Assembly (NCBI RefSeq): GCF_000281045.1
Contig: NW_008246076.1
Location: 1 to 64,000, forward strand
DNA length: 64,000 nucleotides
Source of the DNA: Saprolegnia diclina VS20
Lineage: Eukaryota
Direction of reading: 5' to 3'
The notes under the pieces were generated by a model that ran no database searches, was not told where the DNA came from, and saw only the letters and a list, made by a program, of their open reading frames with translations. The first letter of the stretch is position 1. Every line of letters begins with the position of its first letter. A program made the translations under genes and the position numbers. Of this stretch, positions 54,817 through 64,000 are shown piece by piece.

Positions 54817-56769
54817 ATGCCAGCGGGGGCGTACCTCGTGGGCGCGATGCCGCCGGTCTGGGCGGAGCGGGCGGCGCGCCTGTACGAGCATAGCATTTCG
54901 CTTGCGGGTCTTCTCGTCATCGTCCTCATCGCCGCCGACTCGATCGTCAACAACTGGGCGTTCAACCACTTCCTCGGGAACGGCCTCTTCTTCACGACGC
55001 CGCTCGTCGCCAGCGACACGCTCGAGGGCCTCAGCGACCAGTACACGTTCTTGAAGGGCGCGTCACTGAGCTCCATCTCGAACGCCGGCACGCGCATGGC
55101 CAACTATACCGTGACCAACCTCGTGACGAAGAGCGACCGCATCTACGTCATTTCGGCCGGGTCGTTCCCGCTGACGCCAGCAACGAACCTCTGCCCGATC
55201 TTTCAAGGCGAGTACGCTATCGACTTGAGCGTAGCGACGAACGTGCGCTTGGCGCTCGTCCAGGACACCATCACGTTTTACCGCGGCAATGCCATCACGC
55301 ACGCCTTCACCGACGACGAGACCAGCAACGTCGGCAACACATCGATGCGCAGCGACGCACTGATCGAGCGCGGGTACCTTGCGGGGCGGTCGGCTGTCGA
55401 CATGCGCTTCACGACCAAACTCTTGCTGGACGCGACGGCGACGCCGCAGAATTTTGTCATGAAGTACTACCGCATCTTCCCGCGCAACTTTTGCTCGGGC
55501 TGCGACCCGGTCGCAGAGCTCGGGTACGGCGTCTGCAACGTCACGTACAGCTACAATGCGACCGAAAAGAAGGTCGTGATTGCCAAGAGCTCCTTTGTCG
55601 ACGGGTCAGTCTACAACGTCGGGCTCATGATGACCAACAGCACATTTGGCGTCATCGCGCTCTATGTCAAGCTCGTTGGTATCTTCTTTGGCGTCGGCGG
55701 GTACCTCGCGAGCCGCCGGACCGTGCAGTGGCAGGAGGTCGACATCACCAAGTCCGACTCGTTCGCCGCGCGGGTCTTGCGGACGGTCGCGCCAAAGTAC
55801 TTTCCCCATGCGTCCCACGCCCTCCGCTACGATATGTTTTGCTACAACTCGGACATCTTTGTGTTTAGCTACGCGGTCAGCGTCCTCCTCGACATTCAAA
55901 ACTGCCTTATCTTTATGCGCAACGTCAACTTGTACAACAATTTGAGCCCGCAGTTTCTCTACTCGCTGCAGATGTTTTGCTGCAGCATGCGTCTTCTCTG
56001 GGTCAACTGCGCCGTCCTCAAGATCTGCAAGATCCTCTGGAACCTCCTTGGCACCGTCTCGTACAACGGCCAAAGCGCGGTCATGGGCTCTCTCAACTTG
56101 AGCAGCGTCACGTCGCTGTACCTCAGCGCCGTCCTCCTCATCTACATGCCGCCGTTCATCGAGTACAACAACAATACGTCGATCGCGCTCAAGAACTCGG
56201 TCGAGAAGCTCGACGGTCTCCGCGTCGACGTCTTTGACGGCTTCTACATCCGAGTCGCCGGCTCGATCGTGCTCGGCATGCTCGTCAACCTCGGCCTCAT
56301 CACGGCGCTCGACCATCTCTGGAACTTTAAACATTGGAAGCTGCTGCGGAAGCACTCGCTCGCGCGCCAAGCGATGTACAATTCGTCGTCGATCGTCTGC
56401 GACTACCTCGACGGCATCGAAGTCGAGGCCGAGGGCAAGGCAGGCGGCGCCCTTCTCCTCTGCCGCGCGCGCCGCCTCAGCACGCTCCAGTGGTTCTTCA
56501 TGAGCCATCTCACGTGCTTTGGGCTGCCAGAGAAGGAGATGCGCAACAAGCGTGTCGCCAAGACCACGCTGCAGAACACGGCGCACTCGATGCAGCACGA
56601 CGAGGTCGACGCCAAAGGCATCGGCAACGACGACCTCCGCGACACGTCGTACTTGGTCGTCCAGGACGGCGACCCCAACATCCACCTCTTGGACCCGATG
56701 CTCAACGACGTGACGAGCCTCGTGTACAACATCAAAATTCTCAAAAACACCTCGGTCACCATCAAGTGA
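54817..56769 (+). CDS. ~650 aa oomycete multi-pass membrane protein family, copy 3 (complete)
   Basis: Intronless ORF: N-terminal TM, ectodomain with many N-x-S/T sites and CxxC (FCSGCDP), then about 6 TMs and a conserved cytosolic tail. Confidence 0.9.
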   Translation: MPAGAYLVGAMPPVWAERAARLYEHSISLAGLLVIVLIAADSIVNNWAFNHFLGNGLFFTTPLVASDTLEGLSDQYTFLKGASLSSISNAGTRMANYTVTNLVTKSDRIYVISAGSFPLTPATNLCPIFQGEYAIDLSVATNVRLALVQDTITFYRGNAITHAFTDDETSNVGNTSMRSDALIERGYLAGRSAVDMRFTTKLLLDATATPQNFVMKYYRIFPRNFCSGCDPVAELGYGVCNVTYSYNATEKKVVIAKSSFVDGSVYNVGLMMTNSTFGVIALYVKLVGIFFGVGGYLASRRTVQWQEVDITKSDSFAARVLRTVAPKYFPHASHALRYDMFCYNSDIFVFSYAVSVLLDIQNCLIFMRNVNLYNNLSPQFLYSLQMFCCSMRLLWVNCAVLKICKILWNLLGTVSYNGQSAVMGSLNLSSVTSLYLSAVLLIYMPPFIEYNNNTSIALKNSVEKLDGLRVDVFDGFYIRVAGSIVLGMLVNLGLITALDHLWNFKHWKLLRKHSLARQAMYNSSSIVCDYLDGIEVEAEGKAGGALLLCRARRLSTLQWFFMSHLTCFGLPEKEMRNKRVAKTTLQNTAHSMQHDEVDAKGIGNDDLRDTSYLVVQDGDPNIHLLDPMLNDVTSLVYNIKILKNTSVTIK

Positions 56770-57008
56770 GGCGCTCGATAGATTGATACTCTTCGCTGTC
56801 CAAAGTCACATAAAGGCAGAGCATGTCCATCGTCGTACCTAAACCATTCATAATGCATCCATGACCTTGATATGTCCTTGATACGAGAGCTCGTCTAGCC
56901 AACTTTGCACACAATGTGTCTAAGGACACCGAGGCGGCAGATTCTCATGTCCATATATGGACGTTCAATATCTACTGTACCCGAGGACTTGGATCTATTA
57001 GTTCTTAT

Positions 57009-57812
57009 TTACGCTTTCGGGGCCTTCTTCTTCGCAGCAACCTTCTTCGCCGGAGCCTTCATCGCAGGCGCCTTCTCGGTAGAAGCCGTCTTGACAGCGG
57101 CCTTCTTCGCAGGCGCGGCCTTCTTCGCAGGCGCGGCCTTGGCATCGTCTGTCGTCTTCTTCGGGGCCTTGGCCTCGGCCTCGGCCTTCTTGGCCGCCGC
57201 TTCCTCCATCTTCTTCTTCTTCTTGGACGCACCGTCTTCGCCGGCGGCTTCGCGCTTGAGCTTGCGCTTGAGCTGCTTGCGCTTGTTGGCCGCGCGCCGC
57301 TTCTCGATTTCCTCGGGCGTGATCGCGTTGCGCAGGTGCTTCTTACTCTGGAGGTGGCTCACAACGTCCTTCTCGTTCTGGAGTTGGATCTTGGGACACT
57401 TTTTGCAGCGAAAGCCGTTGGCGCCGTTCTCGAACGTCGTCGGAACAAAGTCGTCCAGGAACGACGGCCGCTCTACCTCCTCTGCGTCCGAGTCCGAGTC
57501 GTCGGCCAACGCGCTCTTCTTCGTCTTCTTCAGCGGCGTCGGCGCCTCGGCGTCCGACTCGTCGTCGCTGCTCTCGGCAATGAGCTGCTGCACGCGGCTA
57601 CGGCGCGCCGCCGCCGTCTCGTGCGCCGGCACCTCGTCGGCGTCGCTGGCCTCGTCGTCGTCGCTAGCCTCATCGGCCTCGTCAGCGTCGCTGGCCTCGT
57701 CCTCGCTGAGGTCGCTGGCCACCTGGACGTCGTCGCTCCCTTCGTTCTCGCTCAGGAGTACGTCGATGTCCATGAGCCGGACATGCTTCTGGGCCGCGCG
57801 GTATAGAGCCAT
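57009..57812 (-). CDS. Acidic/basic low-complexity protein with one C2H2-like zinc finger, probably nuclear or nucleolar
   Basis: D/E/S-rich region; CKKC...HLQSKKH; Lys/Ala/Pro-rich tail (AAPAKK repeats). Confidence 0.8.
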   Translation of the reverse strand: MALYRAAQKHVRLMDIDVLLSENEGSDDVQVASDLSEDEASDADEADEASDDDEASDADEVPAHETAAARRSRVQQLIAESSDDESDAEAPTPLKKTKKSALADDSDSDAEEVERPSFLDDFVPTTFENGANGFRCKKCPKIQLQNEKDVVSHLQSKKHLRNAITPEEIEKRRAANKRKQLKRKLKREAAGEDGASKKKKKMEEAAAKKAEAEAKAPKKTTDDAKAAPAKKAAPAKKAAVKTASTEKAPAMKAPAKKVAAKKKAPKA

Positions 57813-58258
57813 CTTGAATTTGAGCCAACTCCGATCGCGTCCGGTGGGCGCCAGCAATTTTATACTCGAGGTACAAACTTATCTTGCTTTTTATATTGAA
57901 CTACACGTATTTTTATTGTTGCTTTGAGCTATTCCTTTATAAAGAGCTTTAGTAGAGTGTTCGCAGAGAGAGCAGTAGGTTGACCACCAATGAAACGAAG
58001 CGCTTTGGCGCGTTATTGCTCGCATTTTGATTTTTTTGCATTGTTCTGAGGGAGATGATCGACGAGTCATTCTCTCAAAACAGCTGACATAGCATCTAGT
58101 GCATGTAAATCCCCCTACGTGCCGCCAGAGACAGGAAGGGTATATTAACAAGTTACGGAACATATATGGCGTAATTCCCTCAATATTCGACTGAAAAGCG
58201 CAGTGACAAGGAGAACGTGGCGATCTTAGTGCAATAAGAAGGCCATTGCCGAAGCTTG

Positions 58259-59287
58259 ATGGCCCCGCTGCGCATCGTGTCGCTGCTGCCGTCGGCGACG
58301 GAGCTCGTGTACTACGTCCTGTGCCAGCTCGACGAAGATGACCCCGCGGGCGCGCCCCATGCGCAGCTCGTTGGGCGGTCCCACGAGTGCGACTGGCCCG
58401 AGGCTCTTGTCGCCGGCGTGCCCATGCTTACGGCGTCCCAGATCAAGTTTACCACGTCTGCCGAGGTCGATGCGCAGGTGCGCGCGCAGCTTTCGACGGG
58501 CGTCGGTCTCTACTCGGTGCGCCTCGAGCTTCTCCAGTCGCTCTTGCCCGACTTCATTGTGACCCAGTCGCTCTGCAAGGTGTGTTCGGTCGACTACTGC
58601 ATGGTGGACGAGCTCACGGCCGGCATGAGCCCCCGACCTGTCTTGATCGACACGAACCCAATGTCGGTCAACGATGTCCTCGCCGACATCCGACGCATCG
58701 CGACAACTCTCGGCTTTCACGACGCCGGGCAGCGCGTCGTCGCCAAGCTCCAGCGCCGCATCGACATTGCGCGCGCGATCGTCGCGTCCAAGCTCCTTCC
58801 GGGCATGCGTCGCCGGAGCATTGGCTTTTGCGAGTGGACCGACCCGATCTTCTGCGGCGGCCACTGGACGCCCCAGCTCATCGAAATGGCCGGCGCCGTC
58901 CACCCGCTCAACTTGACCACCGGCGGTGTCGAGACGGGCGCGCACCCGTCGCGGTCGATTCCAGCCAACGAGTTTGTCGCGTCGGACCCCGACATCATCG
59001 TTGTCGCGCCGTGCGGCCTCGACATGGACGCGACCAAGCGCGAGCTGGCGCCACTCATATATCATGATTGGTGGAAGCAGCTCCGCGCAGTCCGCCAAGG
59101 CCGCGTGTACCTCGTGAACGGCAACCACATGTTCAACCGCCCAGGCCCACGCCTTGTCGACGCGCTCGAGTGGCTTGTCGCGATGCTCTGGGACGTCCCC
59201 AGCGCATGTGCGCCGGACTTTCCGGCCGAGAAATGGGTGCCGCCCACGGGGTATTTTGAAAGTCCCAAGTCGAAAAGCGCACAATAG
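58259..59287 (+). CDS. BtuF/TroA-like (Fe-siderophore/cobalamin ABC solute-binding fold) protein without signal peptide
   Basis: RIVSLLPSATE, VGRSHECDWP, PDFIVTQSLCKVC, EWTDP..GGHW.P, PDIIVVAPCG, FNRPGPRL. Confidence 0.88.
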   Translation: MAPLRIVSLLPSATELVYYVLCQLDEDDPAGAPHAQLVGRSHECDWPEALVAGVPMLTASQIKFTTSAEVDAQVRAQLSTGVGLYSVRLELLQSLLPDFIVTQSLCKVCSVDYCMVDELTAGMSPRPVLIDTNPMSVNDVLADIRRIATTLGFHDAGQRVVAKLQRRIDIARAIVASKLLPGMRRRSIGFCEWTDPIFCGGHWTPQLIEMAGAVHPLNLTTGGVETGAHPSRSIPANEFVASDPDIIVVAPCGLDMDATKRELAPLIYHDWWKQLRAVRQGRVYLVNGNHMFNRPGPRLVDALEWLVAMLWDVPSACAPDFPAEKWVPPTGYFESPKSKSAQ

Positions 59288-59523
59288 TCGAAAACAAACA
59301 GAATACATGTTGAGAAACAGTGTATACAACAGAATCTCACACGATCACCACAACCGCCATGTCCGTGATCCATGCGAATGCTCGTATCTTTTTGCACGGG
59401 TCGTAGGAACGAACGCTACGCACGGGATCACGGGTCACGACATGGATCTGTGACAAGAGACAACGTGGATACATACTTTGGCTCATTGCGCAAGAATTAA
59501 TACTCTGTGTTTGCGTCGGCAGT

Positions 59524-60174
59524 ATGCTTGCAATCCTCTTCTTCGGGCTCGGACTCCTCCCGCTGGGTCTCGTCATGACGTTTTACGGCTTTGGTCGACG
59601 TCGCTTGACCGGTCGTATCTCGGCCTTTCTTCTGAGCTTCCTCTGGCTCCTCGTACTCGCCAGACTCGTTATCGCCGACACGACGACCGTTCACGTGGCG
59701 CTGGCTTGCCTGCTGTCACTGTGTCCCACGCTCGTCGCCGTCGCCAGCTCCTCGTTTGGCGACGCGTGCACGGTCGCGCTATCTGCGTTTCTCGCTCTCT
59801 TGACGCCGCTTTCGCTGACCTCTCTCCCGATCGCGCTCATCGGTGGCTCGATCGGCGGACTTGTTCTCGGCTACTGGGGCCGCCAGCGACAAAGCGCAGT
59901 TCTTATCGCGTCGGCCTTCTCGGGGGCGTACCTCGTCTCGATCTTTGTCGGGCTTGTCTACTTGGTCGGACTCGTCACCGCCACCAATGGCGAACGTCGA
60001 GCACGCACCGGTGACGACGAGGCGACGAAGGTTCTAGTCGCAACGACCGTCTCGCTCGGCCTCGTGTTCGGATGTGGTCTCTACGTCCAGTGGCAAGGCA
60101 TGACCACCGGCTTGGACCTTGCGCGGCGCGATGCGTCAGCGACCGAACTCGAGACTCCATTGGAGATTGTATGA
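59524..60174 (+). CDS. DUF4203/TMEM198-like small multi-pass membrane protein
   Basis: About 7 hydrophobic helices; TFYG, IASAFSGAY and GLYVQW motifs shared with neighbours. Confidence 0.75.
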   Translation: MLAILFFGLGLLPLGLVMTFYGFGRRRLTGRISAFLLSFLWLLVLARLVIADTTTVHVALACLLSLCPTLVAVASSSFGDACTVALSAFLALLTPLSLTSLPIALIGGSIGGLVLGYWGRQRQSAVLIASAFSGAYLVSIFVGLVYLVGLVTATNGERRARTGDDEATKVLVATTVSLGLVFGCGLYVQWQGMTTGLDLARRDASATELETPLEIV

Positions 60175-60445
60175 GAGAATAAGACGTCTTCATGTAGTTA
60201 ACAAGTTATAGCAACTAGACTCTATCTGGCGCAAGAGCTGTGGCTCAGAGACCAGAGTGAGGGTCTGGAGCCGAAGAATGATGGTTGCATTGGATTGGAC
60301 CAATCACAGCACATGGCGCGGAGTGCGCTGACAGCGTTTGATTGGCTCGTGGCGAGGCGTGCCCGTCGTGGATTGGCTGCGTCGTTTGGTCATTTCTCTA
60401 AACCTCTTTGACCGAGTCAGACTCCAAATTGACGTGCTCGGAAGA

Positions 60446-60673
60446 ATGACGCTGCTCCCCGCCAGCTCCGTTTTGCGCCGTTTGGAGGCGCGCTTGGACG
60501 CGCTCTGCAGCAACTTGGACGACGTGCCGTACCACGACCTCAGCATCTTCGAGAAGCTCTTGATGGAAGCCTGCGCCGACGACGTTGATGTCGAGAACCC
60601 GCGATCGCCTCAGCATCCCCATGGCCACGTGGTCGCTTGCGGTCCGAGAGATCCCTACGAAAGTATTCTATAA
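60446..60673 (+). CDS. Small hypothetical protein (75 aa)
   Basis: ORF preceded by several CCAAT boxes (60289-60376) and an Inr-like GTCATTTCTC near 60389. Confidence 0.45.
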   Translation: MTLLPASSVLRRLEARLDALCSNLDDVPYHDLSIFEKLLMEACADDVDVENPRSPQHPHGHVVACGPRDPYESIL

Positions 60674-60996
60674 TCCATTGCAAGTTTGAACGTACACTAT
60701 AATTACTGCTGACCAGCAGCACCTTCAACCTGATAACAATGTCTCGTACGGTCGAAGTATTTCGAATTTTGTGTTTTAAACTGAAATGTAGGAATTCAAT
60801 CGCGACATGTCCAGTGGACACGAAGATCAACGTCAGCAGCTGTGTCCACGCAGATGGCGGCAACCATCAGCAGCGTCTGTGGATACTACACCTCAACACC
60901 CGCTCTCGTGGACACAGTGTGGACACGTGCGACACCAATGGGCGAGGCGGCTGGGGATGTATCATTTCCCAGTGTTCCCTCCCTCCACCAAGTACC

Positions 60997-61638
60997 ATGA
61001 CCATCGACATCATCGCCACCATCCTCTCGGTCGTCGTGTTGCTGCTGGCACTGCCCGTGACCTTTGCCGGCTACAAGCTCCAAGTCCTCACGGGCGCCGT
61101 CTCCAGCTTCTTCGCCGCCGCTCTTTGGTGCAAGCTCATCATCGCTGGCTTCATGCGCAGCTCGTTCCTCACGCTTCTCATCGGCATCATTGCGGCGGTC
61201 GTTGCCGCACGTATCCACGTGGTTGGTCGCTTTGGCACCGTCGCGCTCGCGGTGCTCTTGATCACTGAGGCCGTCGTCGCCAGCATCTACACCTACTACG
61301 CGCTCGCTATCGTCATTGTCTCAGTCGTCACGATCACCATCGCGTATCTGAGCTACAACTCACGCAAAGCGCTAATTCTCTCGTCGGCGTTCTCAGGGGC
61401 AGCGCTGCTCGCGGGGGCCGTCGCGATCTTGACAGCGACAACCGACCGCGCTTTTGACCGCTACGAACGATCGTTCGAGATGGACAGTGACGGCACCATG
61501 GTTATTCTTGTGCTTGCGCTGGCGTTCCTCGGTGGCCTCGTGGTGCAATTCCGCTTCACGGCGCCCCTCGACACCCCGCCCGCGCCGACACTCGCAAGTG
61601 AAGAGACACCGCGCACGGCTCCGTACGCAGCTGTCTAG
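60997..61638 (+). CDS. DUF4203/TMEM198-like membrane protein
   Basis: TFAGYKL, LSSAFSGA, GLVVQFRFTAP; Inr-like ATCATTTCCCAG upstream. Confidence 0.8.
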   Translation: MTIDIIATILSVVVLLLALPVTFAGYKLQVLTGAVSSFFAAALWCKLIIAGFMRSSFLTLLIGIIAAVVAARIHVVGRFGTVALAVLLITEAVVASIYTYYALAIVIVSVVTITIAYLSYNSRKALILSSAFSGAALLAGAVAILTATTDRAFDRYERSFEMDSDGTMVILVLALAFLGGLVVQFRFTAPLDTPPAPTLASEETPRTAPYAAV

Positions 61639-62293
61639 CCTTTAGCCTTATACAGTCTGTATTACAAATCGAATGTATGCAGACTCAAAGCATCAGGACG
61701 GAAGCGATGGACTGGTTGTGTCTTTGTCGCTGCGAATCTGCGTTTGGCGCTCAGCGGATCCTCTATGACTAGGACAGATCGTCGATGAGTGCTTGAAACG
61801 TGTGCGTCCTCCAAGTCGCGACATGCGAAGTGGCCATGAAGACTGGAAACGTCAGCAACAACCATTTGGCAGCGCGCTATGTCAAGCGCCTGTCAACATA
61901 CACGATACAAGTCTGCTGCGTGTATGCTGGCTCTCTCACAGCCTGTCTATCGTCAAAAGCGGTGGCTCTGGTCGACATATTTAGCCACTGGTTGGCCACC
62001 GGGTAGCGCCGGGTTGAGCGTTGTAACTTGGTACTGTGGGCCGGCGCAGTCGAGACCAAGGAAAGAACCAAGCTTTATTCCCTTGATCGAGAGGCATTAT
62101 TATTCCTGTACTAGTAGTACCACATGGGTGGCTCAGCTCTGGGTTCGAGTCCCGTTGGCGCGTTACTTTTCGCAAGAGAGTATGTACCAGTTGAGCAATG
62201 TTGTTGGTGCATTCCAGGCGGTACGACGCGTCTTGTGCAACAAAACAAAAAGACTATATAACTATACAAGACTATATTACGATACGACGCTGA

Positions 62294-62935
62294 TTAGACG
62301 GCCGTGAATGGCACCTCGTTCTCCGGTGTTGTCGTCGGCGATGTGGCGTCGACGGGCGCTGTGAAGCGCAGCTGCACCAAGAGACCACCGAGGAAGGCGA
62401 CCGCGAGCGTGATTATGGTCACGGTGCCGTAGCCGCCCGAGCCAAAAGACAGCTCGTCGCGGTCAAAAGTGCGGTAACTGGTCGATGTCAAGGTCGCGAT
62501 AGCACCCGCGAGGAGCCAAGCCCCTGCGAACGCCGACGAGAGAATCAGCGCCGTGCGCGAGTTGTAGCTCAGATACGCGACGACGATCGTAGCGACTGAA
62601 ACGACAGCGACGAGCAGCGCGTAGTAGGTGTAGACGTCGGCGACGACGGCCGTTGCGACGGTGAATGCCGCAAGCGCGACGGTGCCAAAGCGGCCGGCGG
62701 CAGGGAACCGCGCGGCGACACCGGCGGCAAGGACACCGATGGCGAGCGCGACGATCGTGCTCAGTAGGTCGCTGGCGGTGCGAAGGACGAGCAGACTCCA
62801 GGCGGCGCCGAGGAGGAAGCTGGAGATTGCACCGGTCAACACTTGAAACTTGTAGCCGACAAAGGTGATCGGCAGTGCGAGCACGAGCACGATAATCGCG
62901 AGAGCGGTGCCGAGCGTGCTGGGCGTATCGAGCAT
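62294..62935 (-). CDS. DUF4203/TMEM198-like membrane protein (close paralog of 60997-61638)
   Basis: TFVGYKF, YLSYNSRTALILSSAFAGA, GLLVQLRFTAP; Inr-FPR GTCATTTTCCAACTTG at 62958-62973. Confidence 0.8.
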   Translation of the reverse strand: MLDTPSTLGTALAIIVLVLALPITFVGYKFQVLTGAISSFLLGAAWSLLVLRTASDLLSTIVALAIGVLAAGVAARFPAAGRFGTVALAAFTVATAVVADVYTYYALLVAVVSVATIVVAYLSYNSRTALILSSAFAGAWLLAGAIATLTSTSYRTFDRDELSFGSGGYGTVTIITLAVAFLGGLLVQLRFTAPVDATSPTTTPENEVPFTAV

Positions 62936-63518
62936 AGTTGACGGTCTTGGCTTTGAGCAAGTTGGAAAATGACTCTCGGCGTATATTCATCGGGATACTA
63001 TGAAAAACATGTGGCAGAGGGTGTCCACCCCAGAATCACCAAGTCAGTCACCCACGCCGCGCGCCAACCAGAGCGACCGGTGATGACAGGTGGTCGTTAT
63101 TGGTCCTTGTAGGAGGCTGGTGGATGAGCGGACTTGTCGACTATAAGTCCTTTTGCACAGAGTCGAGGATACGGGTCGTCTGCGATAACGGGGCCTTGGG
63201 CGCGAGAGACTGAAAGAGCGGCTCGGGCCGTCTGATGCAGCGGTTGAGACGTGTGCAACGTTTTTGGCTCCTGGATTCTTATCGAGTTTGATGGGGCGCT
63301 CCCTGTTCCTCGCCAAAACTGATAAGAATCCAGGGGATTCCCTTGGATGCTGGACACGAGAGCATAGACGCAGCCTGAAGTGTCCTCGAGTTTGCTATCC
63401 TGTTGCATAATCGGGCTCCTCGTCCGTCGCCGCAGCCAGCTCTACCTTGCGTCTTGACTCCAGCTAACAGGATCGACAATGACCTCAATACAGTGTCTCG
63501 AAACAGTGTCTTGAAATC

Positions 63519-64000
63519 TCATTCTCGATTTAGCAACGCTGCGTTGGTCGATGTGGGCAGCAGGGGCACCGTCCGGAGAGTGCGGAGGCCATCGGGCGGC
63601 GCTGTGCACTTGATTTGGGCTCCAAGTCCAACGACAAAGAAGACGCCAAAGACAATCGCTGACGCGTAGTAGAGTCCTGCAAGCGACTGAGCCGTGAGGA
63701 CTAAGACGCCACTGGACGCAACCACCGCGCCGGTGAAGGCCAAGAGTCGACCGTCCCGTGCGTCGCCAGACGCAACGCCGAGCCCAACCGCTGCGACGCC
63801 CGCCACGATTGGCGCTGCGACAGCGCCAAGGCCGAGAAGGCCCCCGAAAAAGCTGACGAGTATGAACGCAGCGACGGCCACGGTGCAGAAGGCGCCAAAG
63901 CGCTCGCGAAGGCCGCCGCCGACCGCGATGGCGAGACCGAGGCCAAGCGCTACACCAAGCGGCGCGCCCAGCGTTGTTGCAACGACACCACCGAGAAGAA
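63519..64000 (-). CDS. Probable fourth DUF4203-like membrane protein, 5' end beyond window
   Basis: Hydrophobic ORF open to the window edge; RFGAFCT and GLGAQIKCTAP resemble the neighbours. Confidence 0.65.
   Translation of the reverse strand, partial: LLGGVVATTLGAPLGVALGLGLAIAVGGGLRERFGAFCTVAVAAFILVSFFGGLLGLGAVAAPIVAGVAAVGLGVASGDARDGRLLAFTGAVVASSGVLVLTAQSLAGLYYASAIVFGVFFVVGLGAQIKCTAPPDGLRTLRTVPLLPTSTNAALLNRE

Noticed and set aside
58040..58140. Hairpin plus GTAAATCC and GCCAGAGAC upstream of the BtuF-like gene, faintly resembling a cobalamin riboswitch
   Set aside because: Core elements (GGGAA, GCNACUG, full B12 box) are absent or misordered, and the region is probably upstream of the TSS. 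An Infernal scan would settle it.

Overview
Eukaryotic, gene-dense, GC-rich genomic scaffold with four N gaps. It is most likely an oomycete of the Saprolegniales (Saprolegnia/Achlya-like), judged from short 40-60 nt spliceosomal introns, oomycete Inr-FPR and CCAAT promoters, a GT48 glucan synthase and lineage-expanded membrane-protein families. Recognisable genes: UROD, a CaMK-type kinase, PSMA1, an OTU deubiquitinase, Raptor, a delta-9 desaturase, RPS15A/uS8, DPH6, FIP1, RPL21, 1,3-beta-glucan synthase and a BtuF/TroA-like binding protein. Expanded families include a giant two-repeat membrane protein, three copies of a ~650 aa membrane protein, two secreted Cys-rich/LRR-like proteins, three WRKY19-like zinc-finger proteins and four DUF4203-like proteins; several pseudogene relics are also present. 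Most notable observations: a long, strongly structured 5'UTR intron in the uS8 gene (candidate autoregulatory switch), a TPR-fused bacterial-type GT-A glycosyltransferase, an N-terminally membrane-anchored UROD whose stop codon overlaps that of its convergent neighbour, two GC-AG introns, an MIT-like domain on the glucan synthase, and gene conversion among distant paralogs. All family assignments come from motif recognition by eye, not database searches; exon boundaries were inferred manually.
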